This document shows, one piece after another, positions 20,983 through 30,146 of a stretch of 64,000 bases of DNA (its first letter is position 1; each line of letters starts with the position of its first letter). Under the pieces are notes generated by a model. It ran no database searches. It worked only from the letters and a program-made list of their open reading frames with translations, and was not told the origin of the DNA. Source of the stretch: Clostridiales bacterium (GTDB lineage Bacteria; Bacillota; Clostridia; Oscillospirales; Oscillospiraceae); NCBI GenBank assembly GCA_022774865.1, contig JALFLH010000031.1, forward strand, positions 26,225 to 90,224, read 5' to 3'. The position numbers and the translations under genes were made by a program.

Positions 20983-22515
20983 TCAGAAACGGTTTTCCTC
21001 GTATACGGTTTTTCCGCCCACGACGGTTTTGATAACTTTTACGCTGCGGTATTCCTCCGGATTGCAGGAGAAAAGATCGCGGTCGAGCACGATCAGATCG
21101 GCCCACTTTCCCTCCGTCAGCGTCCCCGCCTGTTCGAGCGAGCGCTGCGCGGCATACCCATTGCGGCTCCAGCAGTACAGCACCTCGCCGGGCGTCAAAG
21201 CGTTCTGCTTCTGATAGCCTCCCTCTGGTTTTCTGTCCGGGAAGCGCCGGTTGCAGGCAAACTCCAGCGACGTTCCGAGATCGGGTACGTCCAGCGGGAG
21301 ATCGGTGCCGAAGCTGAGCAGCACGCCGTCACGGATCATGTCTTTATACGGCCAGATCGTCTTCTGCCGCTTCTCGTCGAAGCGCGTCAGCCCATAGTAG
21401 CCGTCGTACTCCGGGTAGCAGTTCATGATCTGCACATAGCACACGGCCGCCGTTTTCTGTGCCGCCATGCGGCGGCGGTCCGCCGGATCGATCAGCTCAA
21501 CATCTGTGATCACGTGGTTTCCCTTGCAGGTGTCATAAATATCCAGCACGTGGCGCACAGCGGCGTCGCCTTCGGCATGCATATAGCAGCGCAGACCGCG
21601 CTTATCTGCCGCACGGACTACCGCCTCGAGCGCGGAATAATCCACCTCCGCGTTCTCTTGTCCTTCCGGCCAGGGAGGCAGAAGATCGGCCTCATAGCTT
21701 TCGGCATCGCCGTCCACCATGATGTTGAAGCCCATGAAGCGAAGCATATCGCCGGTGAACCGGCGGCGGCATGCCTCGGCAAAGTCCATATCCGCCGGCG
21801 CTTTTACCGGCTGGGAAACGAGAAAGGAGCGGTGCTTCAGCTCGCCCTGCTGCTCCATTACAGCCAATTCCTCCAGAAATCCGCTGTAATCGTCAAAGCC
21901 GATCTCCTTGATGGCGGTCACGCCCTTGGATGCGAGCAGGTTCTGAAACTCCTCATACCAGCGGCGCACCTCGGCCTTATCCTGCAAAAACTCTTCCAAA
22001 AGATGGCAGCATACCTCGGCATAGCATTCCGTGCCGTCAAACCCATAACGCCCGCGCGCCGCATCGTTCATCCAGCAGCGGCTGCGCTCGTCGTTGAACA
22101 CGCAGACCGGCCGATCGGGAAACGCCGCAGTGAGCGCGCCGGGCGCTAAGTCTTCCTCGCTCCAGTCTTCAAAGTCCGCGCCGTGGCCGCATACAGTGCC
22201 TTCCGTATGCTCCGCCGCCGCCCGGACGAGCGAGAGCATTTGCTGCGCATTTTCTGCCCCGGAAGCGTCAAAGCCCTTATGCTGCCAGATATAGCCCGTG
22301 AAAAACACATGGTTGTCCACCAAACCACAGCTCACCGTCCGGCTGCCGACATCCGTGACGAGCGTGTTTTCCCCCAGCAGCTCGCCGTACTCGTCACCGT
22401 CGCCCACCCCGACGATCTTATCCCCGCGCACGGCGACGAAGCCGTCGCGGACATCCTGCGGCGTAATGCCAGTGAAAATGGACCGGGAACGAAGGATCCA
22501 ATCGGCTCTTTCCAT
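20983..22515 (-). CDS. amidohydrolase-3 (YtcJ-like) family protein
   Basis: 510 aa. N-terminal beta-sandwich (GFVAVRGDKIVGVG), GLVDNHVFF metal-site region, C-terminal GTDLPLD and ADLIVLDRD motifs. Confidence 0.7.
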   Translation of the reverse strand: MERADWILRSRSIFTGITPQDVRDGFVAVRGDKIVGVGDGDEYGELLGENTLVTDVGSRTVSCGLVDNHVFFTGYIWQHKGFDASGAENAQQMLSLVRAAAEHTEGTVCGHGADFEDWSEEDLAPGALTAAFPDRPVCVFNDERSRCWMNDAARGRYGFDGTECYAEVCCHLLEEFLQDKAEVRRWYEEFQNLLASKGVTAIKEIGFDDYSGFLEELAVMEQQGELKHRSFLVSQPVKAPADMDFAEACRRRFTGDMLRFMGFNIMVDGDAESYEADLLPPWPEGQENAEVDYSALEAVVRAADKRGLRCYMHAEGDAAVRHVLDIYDTCKGNHVITDVELIDPADRRRMAAQKTAAVCYVQIMNCYPEYDGYYGLTRFDEKRQKTIWPYKDMIRDGVLLSFGTDLPLDVPDLGTSLEFACNRRFPDRKPEGGYQKQNALTPGEVLYCWSRNGYAAQRSLEQAGTLTEGKWADLIVLDRDLFSCNPEEYRSVKVIKTVVGGKTVYEENRF

Positions 22516-22537
22516 TGGGTATGCCCTCCTGTAAAAA

Positions 22538-23551
22538 TCAGTATTCCATCACACGGTAGTAGCGGCGGATGTCGAGCGAATGGCCGCGCTTATCCTCCAG
22601 CTGAATGCTGAGCCGGTCGAGAATGGCCGTCATAACGATGGGCGAGAGCAGATGGCGGTATTTCTCATCAATGCCGGGCAGCTCATAATCTTTCGTATCG
22701 AACACCGTGAGATGCTCCGTGATGCGCTGGGCAAAGCTCTGCACGCGCTCACACATGGCGCGACTCGCGTCCTCGCCCATGATCAGCATGACGCTCGTGT
22801 CCTTATCCACGATCTCCAGCGTGCCGTGGAAGAATTCGGCGGCGCGCACCGTTTTGGTGCGGATCCACTGCATTTCCTCCATGACGCACATGCCGTAGGA
22901 ATACGTCTCGCCCCACAGACTGCCGGAGCCGATGAGCAGATGATATGTCTCATCCTTGTACTGCTCGGCGAAGGCCTCGCAGAAGGCGTCGCTGTGCTCT
23001 TTTACCGAAACGAGCGCTTCGGGCATTCTGGCAAGATTCGCGCAGAAGTCCTCGTAATCGTCGAAATCGCCCGCGGCATGCATCAGCGCAAATGTCAGCA
23101 TATAAAGGAGCAGATAGTCTGCGTCCGACGCGGAAAAGTCGTCCATCTTATTGATGATGGCATAATCGGCGTTTTTGGCGTAGGGCACCTGGTCGTTGCC
23201 GGAAATGCAGATCGTCACAGCGCCCTTGCTGCGGCAGTACTCCGCCGCCGCCACCGTCTCCTTTGTAGTGCCGGAGGTAGAGGTGAAAATGCAGACCGAT
23301 TCCGCGCCGAGCTGGTTGTGTCCCGTCGCCATCAACTCCGCGGCGATCACGCAGTAGGTCTGAATGCGTGACTGTGTGGTGAGATAATACTCAAATGGGA
23401 TAAACATGGCGTAAGAGCCGCCGGAGCCGATGAGAAATACGTTCTTAAAGCCCTTCTTGCTCACCTCGTCCACGATCTCATCCACACGGGACTTAAGCGC
23501 GACGGTGTTTTTGCCGATTCGCAGGTAACTTTCTTCGTTGAAATTTTTCAT
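22538..23551 (-). CDS. SIS-domain fructoselysine-6-phosphate deglycase (FrlB)-like
   Basis: Two SIS domains (FLIGSGGSY, TSTSGTTKE). C-terminus RRYYRVMEY resembles FrlB's RRYYGGLVEY. Start at ATG 23551 with AAGGAGGG. Confidence 0.8.
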   Translation of the reverse strand: MKNFNEESYLRIGKNTVALKSRVDEIVDEVSKKGFKNVFLIGSGGSYAMFIPFEYYLTTQSRIQTYCVIAAELMATGHNQLGAESVCIFTSTSGTTKETVAAAEYCRSKGAVTICISGNDQVPYAKNADYAIINKMDDFSASDADYLLLYMLTFALMHAAGDFDDYEDFCANLARMPEALVSVKEHSDAFCEAFAEQYKDETYHLLIGSGSLWGETYSYGMCVMEEMQWIRTKTVRAAEFFHGTLEIVDKDTSVMLIMGEDASRAMCERVQSFAQRITEHLTVFDTKDYELPGIDEKYRHLLSPIVMTAILDRLSIQLEDKRGHSLDIRRYYRVMEY

Positions 23552-23596
23552 GGGAAACCCTCCTTGAAGTATACAAAGTATCCAATTGCGGTTTTT

Positions 23597-23625
23597 AATA
23601 TACCACCAACTTTTCAGCGTGTCAA
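23597..23625 (-). promoter_or_regulatory. sigma-A-type promoter of the frl-like operon
   Basis: On the minus strand: TTGACA (23625-23620), 17 nt, TATATT (23602-23597). The spacer/-10 contains TGGTATAT, half of the GGTATACC operator motif. Confidence 0.6.
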
Positions 23626-23722
23626 GCCTGCAAGTACACAAAAATTCTCCGGAAGAAATGTGCATATTATACAGAGGCGGTGTGTTTGTTCGCCGCGAGC
23701 AGCAGCGAAAGAATAGTTTTTA

Positions 23723-23750
23723 TTGCAAAGGAAAAAAAATTGTGTATAAT
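23723..23750 (+). promoter_or_regulatory. sigma-A-type promoter of the GntR-GntR-HAD operon
   Basis: TTGCAA (23723-23728), 16 nt, TATAAT (23745-23750). Overlaps the imperfect palindrome ATTGTGTATAATAGTACATAAT. Confidence 0.5.
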
Positions 23751-23816
23751 AGTACATAATAAAAAATTGGCACAGGTCAGTCTTTCTCGCCGGATGAGTC
23801 GGCAACGCAGGAAACC

Positions 23817-24581
23817 GTGCAGATGGAGGCACATGTGGGAAAACACATTCTCGTGCGAAGCGAAGAGCTTCGGGAGCGGATTGAAGAATACATCGATAAA
23901 AGTGGCCTCAAGCCGGGCGACAAGCTGCCCTCTGAGCGCGCCTTTGCGGAAGCGCTTGGCACAAGCCGCGTTACGCTACGCGACGCGCTGATGCGCATGC
24001 AGGACGAGGGTCTGATTGAGACGCGGCACGGCAAGGGCAGCTTCATTGCGCCGCCCAAATTCGAGGAGGATGCGCGCAGCTTTCTCTCCTGCACCTCCGG
24101 CTGGGAGGCCGACGGCTTCAAAGTATCGAGTGAGGTGCTGAGCTTTCTGGAAAAGGAAGCGGGCGCCAAGGCCGCCCGGATGCTGAACATCCCCATCGGT
24201 GAGTCAGTGTTCGAGCTCAAGCGGGTGCGCCGTCTTGACGGTGTTCCGGTGTTCATTGAAACATCGAACATCCCCTCCTGCCGCGTACCGGGGCTGAAGA
24301 AATACGATTTTTCCAGTTGCTCTCTGTACACGGTCCTGGAAAAGGATTACGGCATCGTCCTCACCCAGCAGATGCAGACGTTCTCCATCACGCATCTTTC
24401 CGAGAAGGAAGCACGCTGGCTGGGCGTGGATCAGGACACGCCGGCGTTTTATATCTGCGGCACGACCTTTGATGCCGCCGGAACGCCCACGGAGTTCACC
24501 GTCAGCATCAACCGTGCCGACCGCTACAACGTTTCCGCATGGCTTACCCGCCAGACACCTGCCATGGACAGTGAGGGATAA
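23817..24581 (+). CDS. GntR/HutC-family regulator (wHTH + UTRA)
   Basis: LPSERAFAEALGTSRVTLRDALMRMQDEGLIETRHGKGSF, then a UTRA-like C-terminal domain. Confidence 0.85.
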   Translation: MQMEAHVGKHILVRSEELRERIEEYIDKSGLKPGDKLPSERAFAEALGTSRVTLRDALMRMQDEGLIETRHGKGSFIAPPKFEEDARSFLSCTSGWEADGFKVSSEVLSFLEKEAGAKAARMLNIPIGESVFELKRVRRLDGVPVFIETSNIPSCRVPGLKKYDFSSCSLYTVLEKDYGIVLTQQMQTFSITHLSEKEARWLGVDQDTPAFYICGTTFDAAGTPTEFTVSINRADRYNVSAWLTRQTPAMDSEG

Positions 24582-24584
24582 CGC

Positions 24585-25292
24585 ATGATATCTCAGCCAA
24601 TTTACGTACAGATCGCCGATACGATCCGCCGTAAGGTAGAGCTCGGCGTATACGCCTACGGTTCCCGTCTACCAACGGAGCGGGAGTTTTCCGAAAACTT
24701 CGGTGTAAACCGCATCACCGTCCGCAAGGCGCTGAAGCTGCTCGTGGATGAAGGGTTGCTCATCAGCAGTCAGGGTCGCGGTACCTTTGTTTCCCAGCCA
24801 AAGATCAGCTCGGGCATGGATACGATTCAGGGCACATCCAGCTTCCTCACCGACATGGGCTTTACGCCGAGCTCCAAAATGCTGCACACGCTGCGCCGCA
24901 AGGCAGGATATTACTTTGCGAAAAAGCTGGGCATTCCGGAAGAGGACGACGTTTACCAGATCATCCGTCTGCGGCAGGGCGACGGCGATCCGCTTTCTCT
25001 GGAATACACCACCATCCCGTTCTCGCTGATCCCCAACATCGAAAACTACGACTTTTCGGTCTTCTCCCTCTCCGAGCTGTACGAACGCAACGGAATCACG
25101 CTCTGCAAGGTAAAGCAGGTGCTGTCCATCGTCAAGCTGCATGAGCCGCAGGTCACATTTCTGCGATGCAAGGAGGGAGACTACGGCTTCATCTCCGAAG
25201 AGGTCGTCTTCGGAGACGCCGGCCGGCCGATCGAGTTTTCCAAATCCTACTACAGCGGACGCAAATTCAATTTCACATCGGTTATGGAGTGA
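24585..25292 (+). CDS. second GntR/HutC-family regulator (wHTH + UTRA)
   Basis: LPTEREFSENFGVNRITVRKALKLLVDEGLLISSQGRGTFV plus a UTRA-like C-terminus. Starts 3 nt after the first regulator. Confidence 0.88.
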   Translation: MISQPIYVQIADTIRRKVELGVYAYGSRLPTEREFSENFGVNRITVRKALKLLVDEGLLISSQGRGTFVSQPKISSGMDTIQGTSSFLTDMGFTPSSKMLHTLRRKAGYYFAKKLGIPEEDDVYQIIRLRQGDGDPLSLEYTTIPFSLIPNIENYDFSVFSLSELYERNGITLCKVKQVLSIVKLHEPQVTFLRCKEGDYGFISEEVVFGDAGRPIEFSKSYYSGRKFNFTSVME

Positions 25293-25960
25293 TGGTTTTG
25301 AGCAAAACGGCGCCGCGCGGCGTTCTGTTTGATATGGACGGCGTGATTATCGACAGCGAAAGCTACAACTATGTGCTGGACCGGGACGCCTTTTCTCTGC
25401 AGGGATTCACTCTGGATTGGGATACGTTCCGCCATGTCATCGGAACGAACGAGGCCTTCATCCGGAGCTTTTACGAATCTCGTTACGGCAAGGCGTTTGA
25501 CTTTGACCGGCTTCGTCGTGACACCGACCGACTGTTCTTCGACTATATAGAGAAAAACGGCGTCTCACCCAAGCCCGGCGCCCTCGCCGCGCTTCGCTGG
25601 CTGAAGGATCAGGGCTACAAGCTCTGTCTCGCCACCTCCAACGACTACGGAGACGCCCGATTTCTCATGGAGCGGATCGGCGTGTGGGAGCTGTTTGACG
25701 TTGTCGTCACCGGCGACCGGGTCGGTCCAAGCAAACCCGCCCCGGACATTTATCTCGCCGCTGCCGCGGCGCTCGGTCTCGCTCCGGAGGAATGTCTTGC
25801 CGTGGAGGACAGCTATGCCGGGGTGAAAAGCGCGGCAGCTGCGCGTTGCCAGACCGTGATGGTACCCGATCTCCTGCCGCCGACGGACGAGATGCATGCG
25901 CTTGCCGACGCGATCATACCCAGTTTGGAAGCTCTTCCGGCTTATGTCTCTGCGCTGTAA
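25292..25960 (+). CDS. HAD-IA family phosphatase (beta-phosphoglucomutase-like)
   Basis: DMDGVIIDSE (motif I), LATSN (II), EDSYAGVKSAAAA (IV). Its ATG overlaps the upstream TGA by 1 nt. Confidence 0.85.
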   Translation: MVLSKTAPRGVLFDMDGVIIDSESYNYVLDRDAFSLQGFTLDWDTFRHVIGTNEAFIRSFYESRYGKAFDFDRLRRDTDRLFFDYIEKNGVSPKPGALAALRWLKDQGYKLCLATSNDYGDARFLMERIGVWELFDVVVTGDRVGPSKPAPDIYLAAAAALGLAPEECLAVEDSYAGVKSAAAARCQTVMVPDLLPPTDEMHALADAIIPSLEALPAYVSAL

Positions 25961-25982
25961 TTTTCCCAATAACCGTCCTTCC

Positions 25983-26018
25983 GGGCGTGCTGCCAACGAT
26001 CGCAGCACGCCCTTTTTT
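25983..26018 (+). terminator. rho-independent terminator
   Basis: GGGCGTGCTGC / GCAGCACGCCC stem followed by TTTTTT. Confidence 0.8.
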
Positions 26019-26204
26019 GCTCCGTAAATTTCTCAAATGCAGGTGGTATGAAAGATTCCGCTTCGTGGTATGGAAAAGTCCTATTGTTTCCCTACCCACT
26101 CACATTCGGAAATAGGCCCTGATTTTCACCGCATTTCTCGCAATTTATTCTATTTTCTCCGGTGAAACAACCAAATGTTTTTTCTCCTGTCCACCGTTCC
26201 CGCA

Positions 26205-26220
26205 AAACTGGTATACCTCG
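26205..26220. promoter_or_regulatory. candidate HutC/GntR operator copy 1 (AAAACTGGTATACCTCG)
   Basis: Contains the palindrome GGTATACC (26210-26217). 15/17 identical to copy 2. Confidence 0.45.
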
Positions 26221-26283
26221 CGCGCTCCATTTATTGTACATTTTAGACAAAATTCGTTGGGTTTTTTATGTGTTATCGCAATA

Positions 26284-26312
26284 TTGACACGGCATTTTTT
26301 AAGAGGTATGAT
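26284..26312 (+). promoter_or_regulatory. sigma-A promoter of the transporter/FGGY-kinase operon
   Basis: TTGACA (26284-26289), 17 nt, TATGAT (26307-26312). About 140-nt leader before the GTG start. Confidence 0.65.
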
Positions 26313-26319
26313 GATGGTG

Positions 26320-26336
26320 AAATTGGTATACCTTGA
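26320..26336. promoter_or_regulatory. candidate HutC/GntR operator copy 2 (GAAATTGGTATACCTTG)
   Basis: Palindrome GGTATACC (26325-26332) lies 12 nt downstream of the -10 hexamer, a position suited to repression. Confidence 0.45.
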
Positions 26337-26459
26337 CGAGATGTGACAGTATTTCCTTTCCACCGCCGGAGCCTTCGTCCAAACGGACTTCCGGCCCTCT
26401 CGCAGGGGAACCACAAAATGGAGACTGAGGGAGTCTCAGAAAAATAAGGAGGATTACAC

Positions 26460-28004
26460 GTGGAAACATTAAAGGAATTCTTTACCCCCAAGCGAATCAT
26501 AGCTTATGGGCTGATGATTCTCGCGTTCGTGGCCGTTGCGCTGTTTGCTCCGCACGAGCAGGTTGGCATTGGAGAGTATCAAGAGCTGATCGAGCTTAAC
26601 GACGGTGCTCTTCCGGAGGAGCTTTCGACCTTTTACGGTGCATGGACACTTGCCATACCCGCGCTGATGTTCGTATTTTGTATTCTGACGCACGGCTTCC
26701 TTGAAGCATTTATTTGGTCCACTGCACTCGTCACATTCATGCGCTTTCGTCTGGATTTTCTGCCCGCCATGGTCGAAACCCAGCTCGGCGCGATGATGGA
26801 CTATGACAACATCCGCATGATCGTTCTCTACCTGCTGATCGGCAGCGTTCTCGCCGCTATATCGAAGGGCGGCGGTGCAAGGGCTTTTGCTGAGATTGTC
26901 AGAAAAAAAGCCAAAAGCTCCAAGCTGGCGCTTGTCATCATGTGGATCATGGATGTCTTCCTGTCCATTGACGACGAGCTGTCCGCATTCACCACTGGCA
27001 CCGCCATCACCCCGCTCAACGACGGCTACGGTATTCCCCGTGAGAAATCTGCTGTCATGATTCGTCTGACCGCCGTTGCCCCGGCCAACCTCTGGCAGCT
27101 TGGCGCGTGGGTTGTGTTTGTCGCGGTTCTTCTGGAGCAGTCCGGCTTTGCCGCGTCGGGTCAGGGCGTCGTGGAATACATGAAGTGCGTTCCCTTCATG
27201 TTCTTCCCAATCATTGCCCTCATTCTCGCTCTTCTGTATGCACTCGGCATCGTACCCGACATCGGCCCGGTCAAGCGTGCTGTGAAGCGCGTCAAGGAAG
27301 GCGGTCCCATCGCCCCTGTTGCCTCCGACGGTTCTACCAAGAATGATGCTTCCGTCAGCAGCACGGAGATTTTTACCCATGTGAAGCCGCGCCTTATCAA
27401 TTTCATTCTTCCCGTTGTTGTCTTGGTTGGTGTCTCCTTCCTCTATGACTTTGATATCATGGTCGGCATCATTGCCTGTCTGGTTTTCACATTTATTCTC
27501 TTCGTCGCGCAGGGCGTCTGCACCCCGACCGAGTTCATCGAAGACGTATTTCTTGGCGGTATGCACGATATGCTGATGCTGACCGCGCTCTTTGCCATTG
27601 GCGTCAACTTCTGTACCCAGCTTGGCGAGATGGGCTTTGCTGAGTATATCATCAGCATCACCGCAAGCTTCCTCTCTCCCAAGATGTTCCCGTTCATCGT
27701 TTTTGTGGTGTTCTCCATCACAGAGTTCCTGTGCAGCTTCAACTGGACGCTTTACATGATGGCTCTGCCGATCATCGTCCCGATGTGCGGCATCATCGGC
27801 GCCAATCCCTACATCGCTGTTGCGGCTCTCATCTGCGCGGGCGTTTGGGGTTCCATGGGCTGCATGTACTCCGACGGCGCTCTCGTCGCCGCCGCCGCTA
27901 CCGACTGCGACGCGTATGAGGCGTCTTCCGCCGCTCTGCCCTATATGTTGATCTGCGAGGTCTTGAGCGCTATACTGTTCCTCGTCGCAGGCTTCATCTT
28001 CTGA
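26460..28004 (+). CDS. NhaC-family (Na+/H+ antiporter-like) membrane transporter
   Basis: Polytopic, 514 aa. The segment SIDDELSAFTTGTAITPLNDGYGIPREKSAVMIRLTAVAP resembles the conserved NhaC-family loop. GTG start 7 nt after AAGGAGG. Confidence 0.65.
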   Translation: METLKEFFTPKRIIAYGLMILAFVAVALFAPHEQVGIGEYQELIELNDGALPEELSTFYGAWTLAIPALMFVFCILTHGFLEAFIWSTALVTFMRFRLDFLPAMVETQLGAMMDYDNIRMIVLYLLIGSVLAAISKGGGARAFAEIVRKKAKSSKLALVIMWIMDVFLSIDDELSAFTTGTAITPLNDGYGIPREKSAVMIRLTAVAPANLWQLGAWVVFVAVLLEQSGFAASGQGVVEYMKCVPFMFFPIIALILALLYALGIVPDIGPVKRAVKRVKEGGPIAPVASDGSTKNDASVSSTEIFTHVKPRLINFILPVVVLVGVSFLYDFDIMVGIIACLVFTFILFVAQGVCTPTEFIEDVFLGGMHDMLMLTALFAIGVNFCTQLGEMGFAEYIISITASFLSPKMFPFIVFVVFSITEFLCSFNWTLYMMALPIIVPMCGIIGANPYIAVAALICAGVWGSMGCMYSDGALVAAAATDCDAYEASSAALPYMLICEVLSAILFLVAGFIF

Positions 28005-28107
28005 CCCACTATCAAAACCAACATGGCGGCGGTAAGTCTCTACTTGCCGCCGCCGTATTCTACACCGCCGGGCCGATCCCGGCGAGCCGATTGCGCAAGG
28101 AGGGCAT

Positions 28108-29625
28108 ATGGCAAAGTATTTTATGGGGATTGATGTCGGAACATACGAGAGCAAGGGCGTCATTATCAACGACAAGGCAGAAGTCGTCTGCTCCGCAGCC
28201 ACGCCGCACGGGCTGGAAAACCCCAAGCCGCATTACTTCGAGCACGACGCTGATACCGTCTGGTGGGGCGATATCTGCAAACTGACTAAGACGCTGTTGG
28301 AAACGTCCGGTCTCGCCAATACCGAGATCGCTGCTTTTGGATGCAGCACGCTTGCCGCCGACGTGCTGCCGGTCGATGAAAACTGCACGCCGCTGCGCAA
28401 AGGCATTCTGTACGGTATTGACTCCCGCGCCACAGAAGAGATCAAATATCTGGAAGAATACTACGGTGACCGTCTCGACGAGCTCTGGGGCGGCGAGGAA
28501 CTGTGTTCCTCCGACTGCATGCCCAAGGTGCTCTGGATCAAAAACAACGAGCCGGAAGTCTACGAGAAGACTTATAAATTCCTTACGGCTTCCTCCTACA
28601 TCACCGCCAAGCTCACCGGAAAATACGTCATCGACCGCTACCTCGCCGTTTCGTCCTTCATTCCCTGCTATCGTCCCGACCTCAGCATCGACGACAAGCT
28701 CGCACGTGAATGCTACTGCCGCGGCGATCAGCTGGCCGAGGGTCATGAGGTCACCGATGTTGTCGGCTACGTCACTGCCGAGGCCGCACGGGAGACTGGG
28801 CTCGCCGAAGGAACGCCGGTCATTACCGGTACCGACGATTCCGGCGCAGAGGCCATCAGTGCCGGGGTGTTGCAGCCCGGCGATCTGATGGTGCAGCTCG
28901 GCTCCACCTGCTATATTATTTACTGTTCCGATCAGCTCATCCACGACGACCGCATTTGGGAAGAGGACTCCCTGATCCCAGGCCGCTACAGCATCGACGG
29001 CGGCACGAACGCCGCCGGCGCGCTAACGAAGTGGATGCGTGACACCTTCTTTCCCGACCTTGTCCGGGAACAGGAAGCTGGCGGAGAAAACGCCTTCACC
29101 GCGCTCACAAAGCTCGCTGCCAACGTTCCGGCCGGTGCGGGCGGGCTGGTAGTTTTGCCGTACTTCTCCGGCGAGCGCACCCCGATCAACGACAGCGAAG
29201 CCAAGGGTATCATCTTCGGACTTCAGTTCCACCACACGCGCGATCAGATCTACCGCGCCGGGCTGGAGGGCGTCGCCTGCTCGGTAGCACAGCACATCGA
29301 CATTCTCGAAGAACACGGGCTGAAGATCAATAATCTCATGTGCACCGGCGGCGGCACGCGCAACCCGGTCTGGCTGCAGATCATTGCTGACATGACCGGT
29401 CACGAGGTCAAAACGCCGGAGGTGACGCTCGGCGCATCTTACGGTGACGCGCTCATGGCGGGCATTGGCGTTGGCTGCTTCCAAGGCTTCCCCGATCTGT
29501 CGCGGTATATCCGCGTCGGCAACGTGTACCGTCCCGACCCCGAAAAGGCCGGACTGTACGCCAAAATCAAGGATATCTACGGCAAGCTCTACGAAGCAAA
29601 CAAGGATCTCATGCACGAGCTGTAA
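28108..29625 (+). CDS. FGGY-family carbohydrate kinase (xylulokinase-like)
   Basis: MGIDVGTYESKGV N-terminus, GTDDSGAEAISAGV and GGGTRNPVWLQIIADM motifs, RBS AAGGAGG. Confidence 0.88.
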   Translation: MAKYFMGIDVGTYESKGVIINDKAEVVCSAATPHGLENPKPHYFEHDADTVWWGDICKLTKTLLETSGLANTEIAAFGCSTLAADVLPVDENCTPLRKGILYGIDSRATEEIKYLEEYYGDRLDELWGGEELCSSDCMPKVLWIKNNEPEVYEKTYKFLTASSYITAKLTGKYVIDRYLAVSSFIPCYRPDLSIDDKLARECYCRGDQLAEGHEVTDVVGYVTAEAARETGLAEGTPVITGTDDSGAEAISAGVLQPGDLMVQLGSTCYIIYCSDQLIHDDRIWEEDSLIPGRYSIDGGTNAAGALTKWMRDTFFPDLVREQEAGGENAFTALTKLAANVPAGAGGLVVLPYFSGERTPINDSEAKGIIFGLQFHHTRDQIYRAGLEGVACSVAQHIDILEEHGLKINNLMCTGGGTRNPVWLQIIADMTGHEVKTPEVTLGASYGDALMAGIGVGCFQGFPDLSRYIRVGNVYRPDPEKAGLYAKIKDIYGKLYEANKDLMHEL

Positions 29626-29714
29626 AAAAGCCCTTATTCACAGATGCAATACCGCCCTGGCAGGAATCCTGCCGGGGCGGTTGAGCATGTCAAAAAGGAT
29701 CTTTGACACGATCA

Positions 29715-29752
29715 CGCTGTGCGAACTTTCGTTTGCACAGCGTTTTCTTTTC
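29715..29752 (+). terminator. rho-independent terminator
   Basis: CGCTGTGCGAAC / GTTTGCACAGCG stem followed by TTTTCTTTTCT. Confidence 0.7.
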
Positions 29753-29759
29753 TATCGGT

Positions 29760-30146
29760 TTACCGGCAGACGAGCTCGTCGTTTTCGACGTCCACCGTGA
29801 GCGTGCTGCCCGCGGCGAGATCGCCGGAGAGAATGGCTCTTGCCAGCAGCGTTTCCACGCTGCTCTGGAGATACCAGCGCAGCGGACGCGCGCCGTAGAG
29901 CGGATCGTAGCCACGCTCGATGATAAGCTCCTTCGCCTTGTCGGTGATGCAGAGCTTGAGTGAGCGGTCGGCCAGGCGCTTCTTGAGCCCTTCGACCATG
30001 ATGTCGATGATGCCGGTGAAGTTGTCTTTCGTGAGCGGCTTGAAGAGGATCATCTCATCGAGACGGTTCAGAAACTCCGGGCGGAACGCGCGGTGCAGCT
30101 CGCCCATGACGGCGCTCTTCGCCGAATCGGTGATATTACCCTCCAT
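29760..30146 (-). pseudogene. clpB: 3' fragment of a clpB/clpA-type AAA+ chaperone gene (D2-small domain only)
   Basis: FRPEFLNRLDEMILFKPL and YDPLYGARPLRWYLQSSVE are the ClpB C-terminal signatures. The roughly 700 N-terminal residues are absent. The frame is open only to 30224, with no ClpB similarity upstream of about 30150. Confidence 0.8.

Noticed and set aside
20912-21106. N-terminal extensions of several ORF-track entries: 20045-21106, 18381-19328, 22538-23665, 46293-47006, 5378-8107 and 221-4981.
   Set aside because: The extensions are Arg/Pro-rich or overlap upstream genes. Internal starts with good Shine-Dalgarno sequences match the family N-termini.
29651-29685. The hairpin ACCGCCCTGGCAGG..CCTGCCGGGGCGGT right after the FGGY kinase gene, considered as its terminator.
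   Set aside because: It has no T-tract. The hairpin at 29715-29752, which has a T-run, is the better terminator, so this one was left uncalled.
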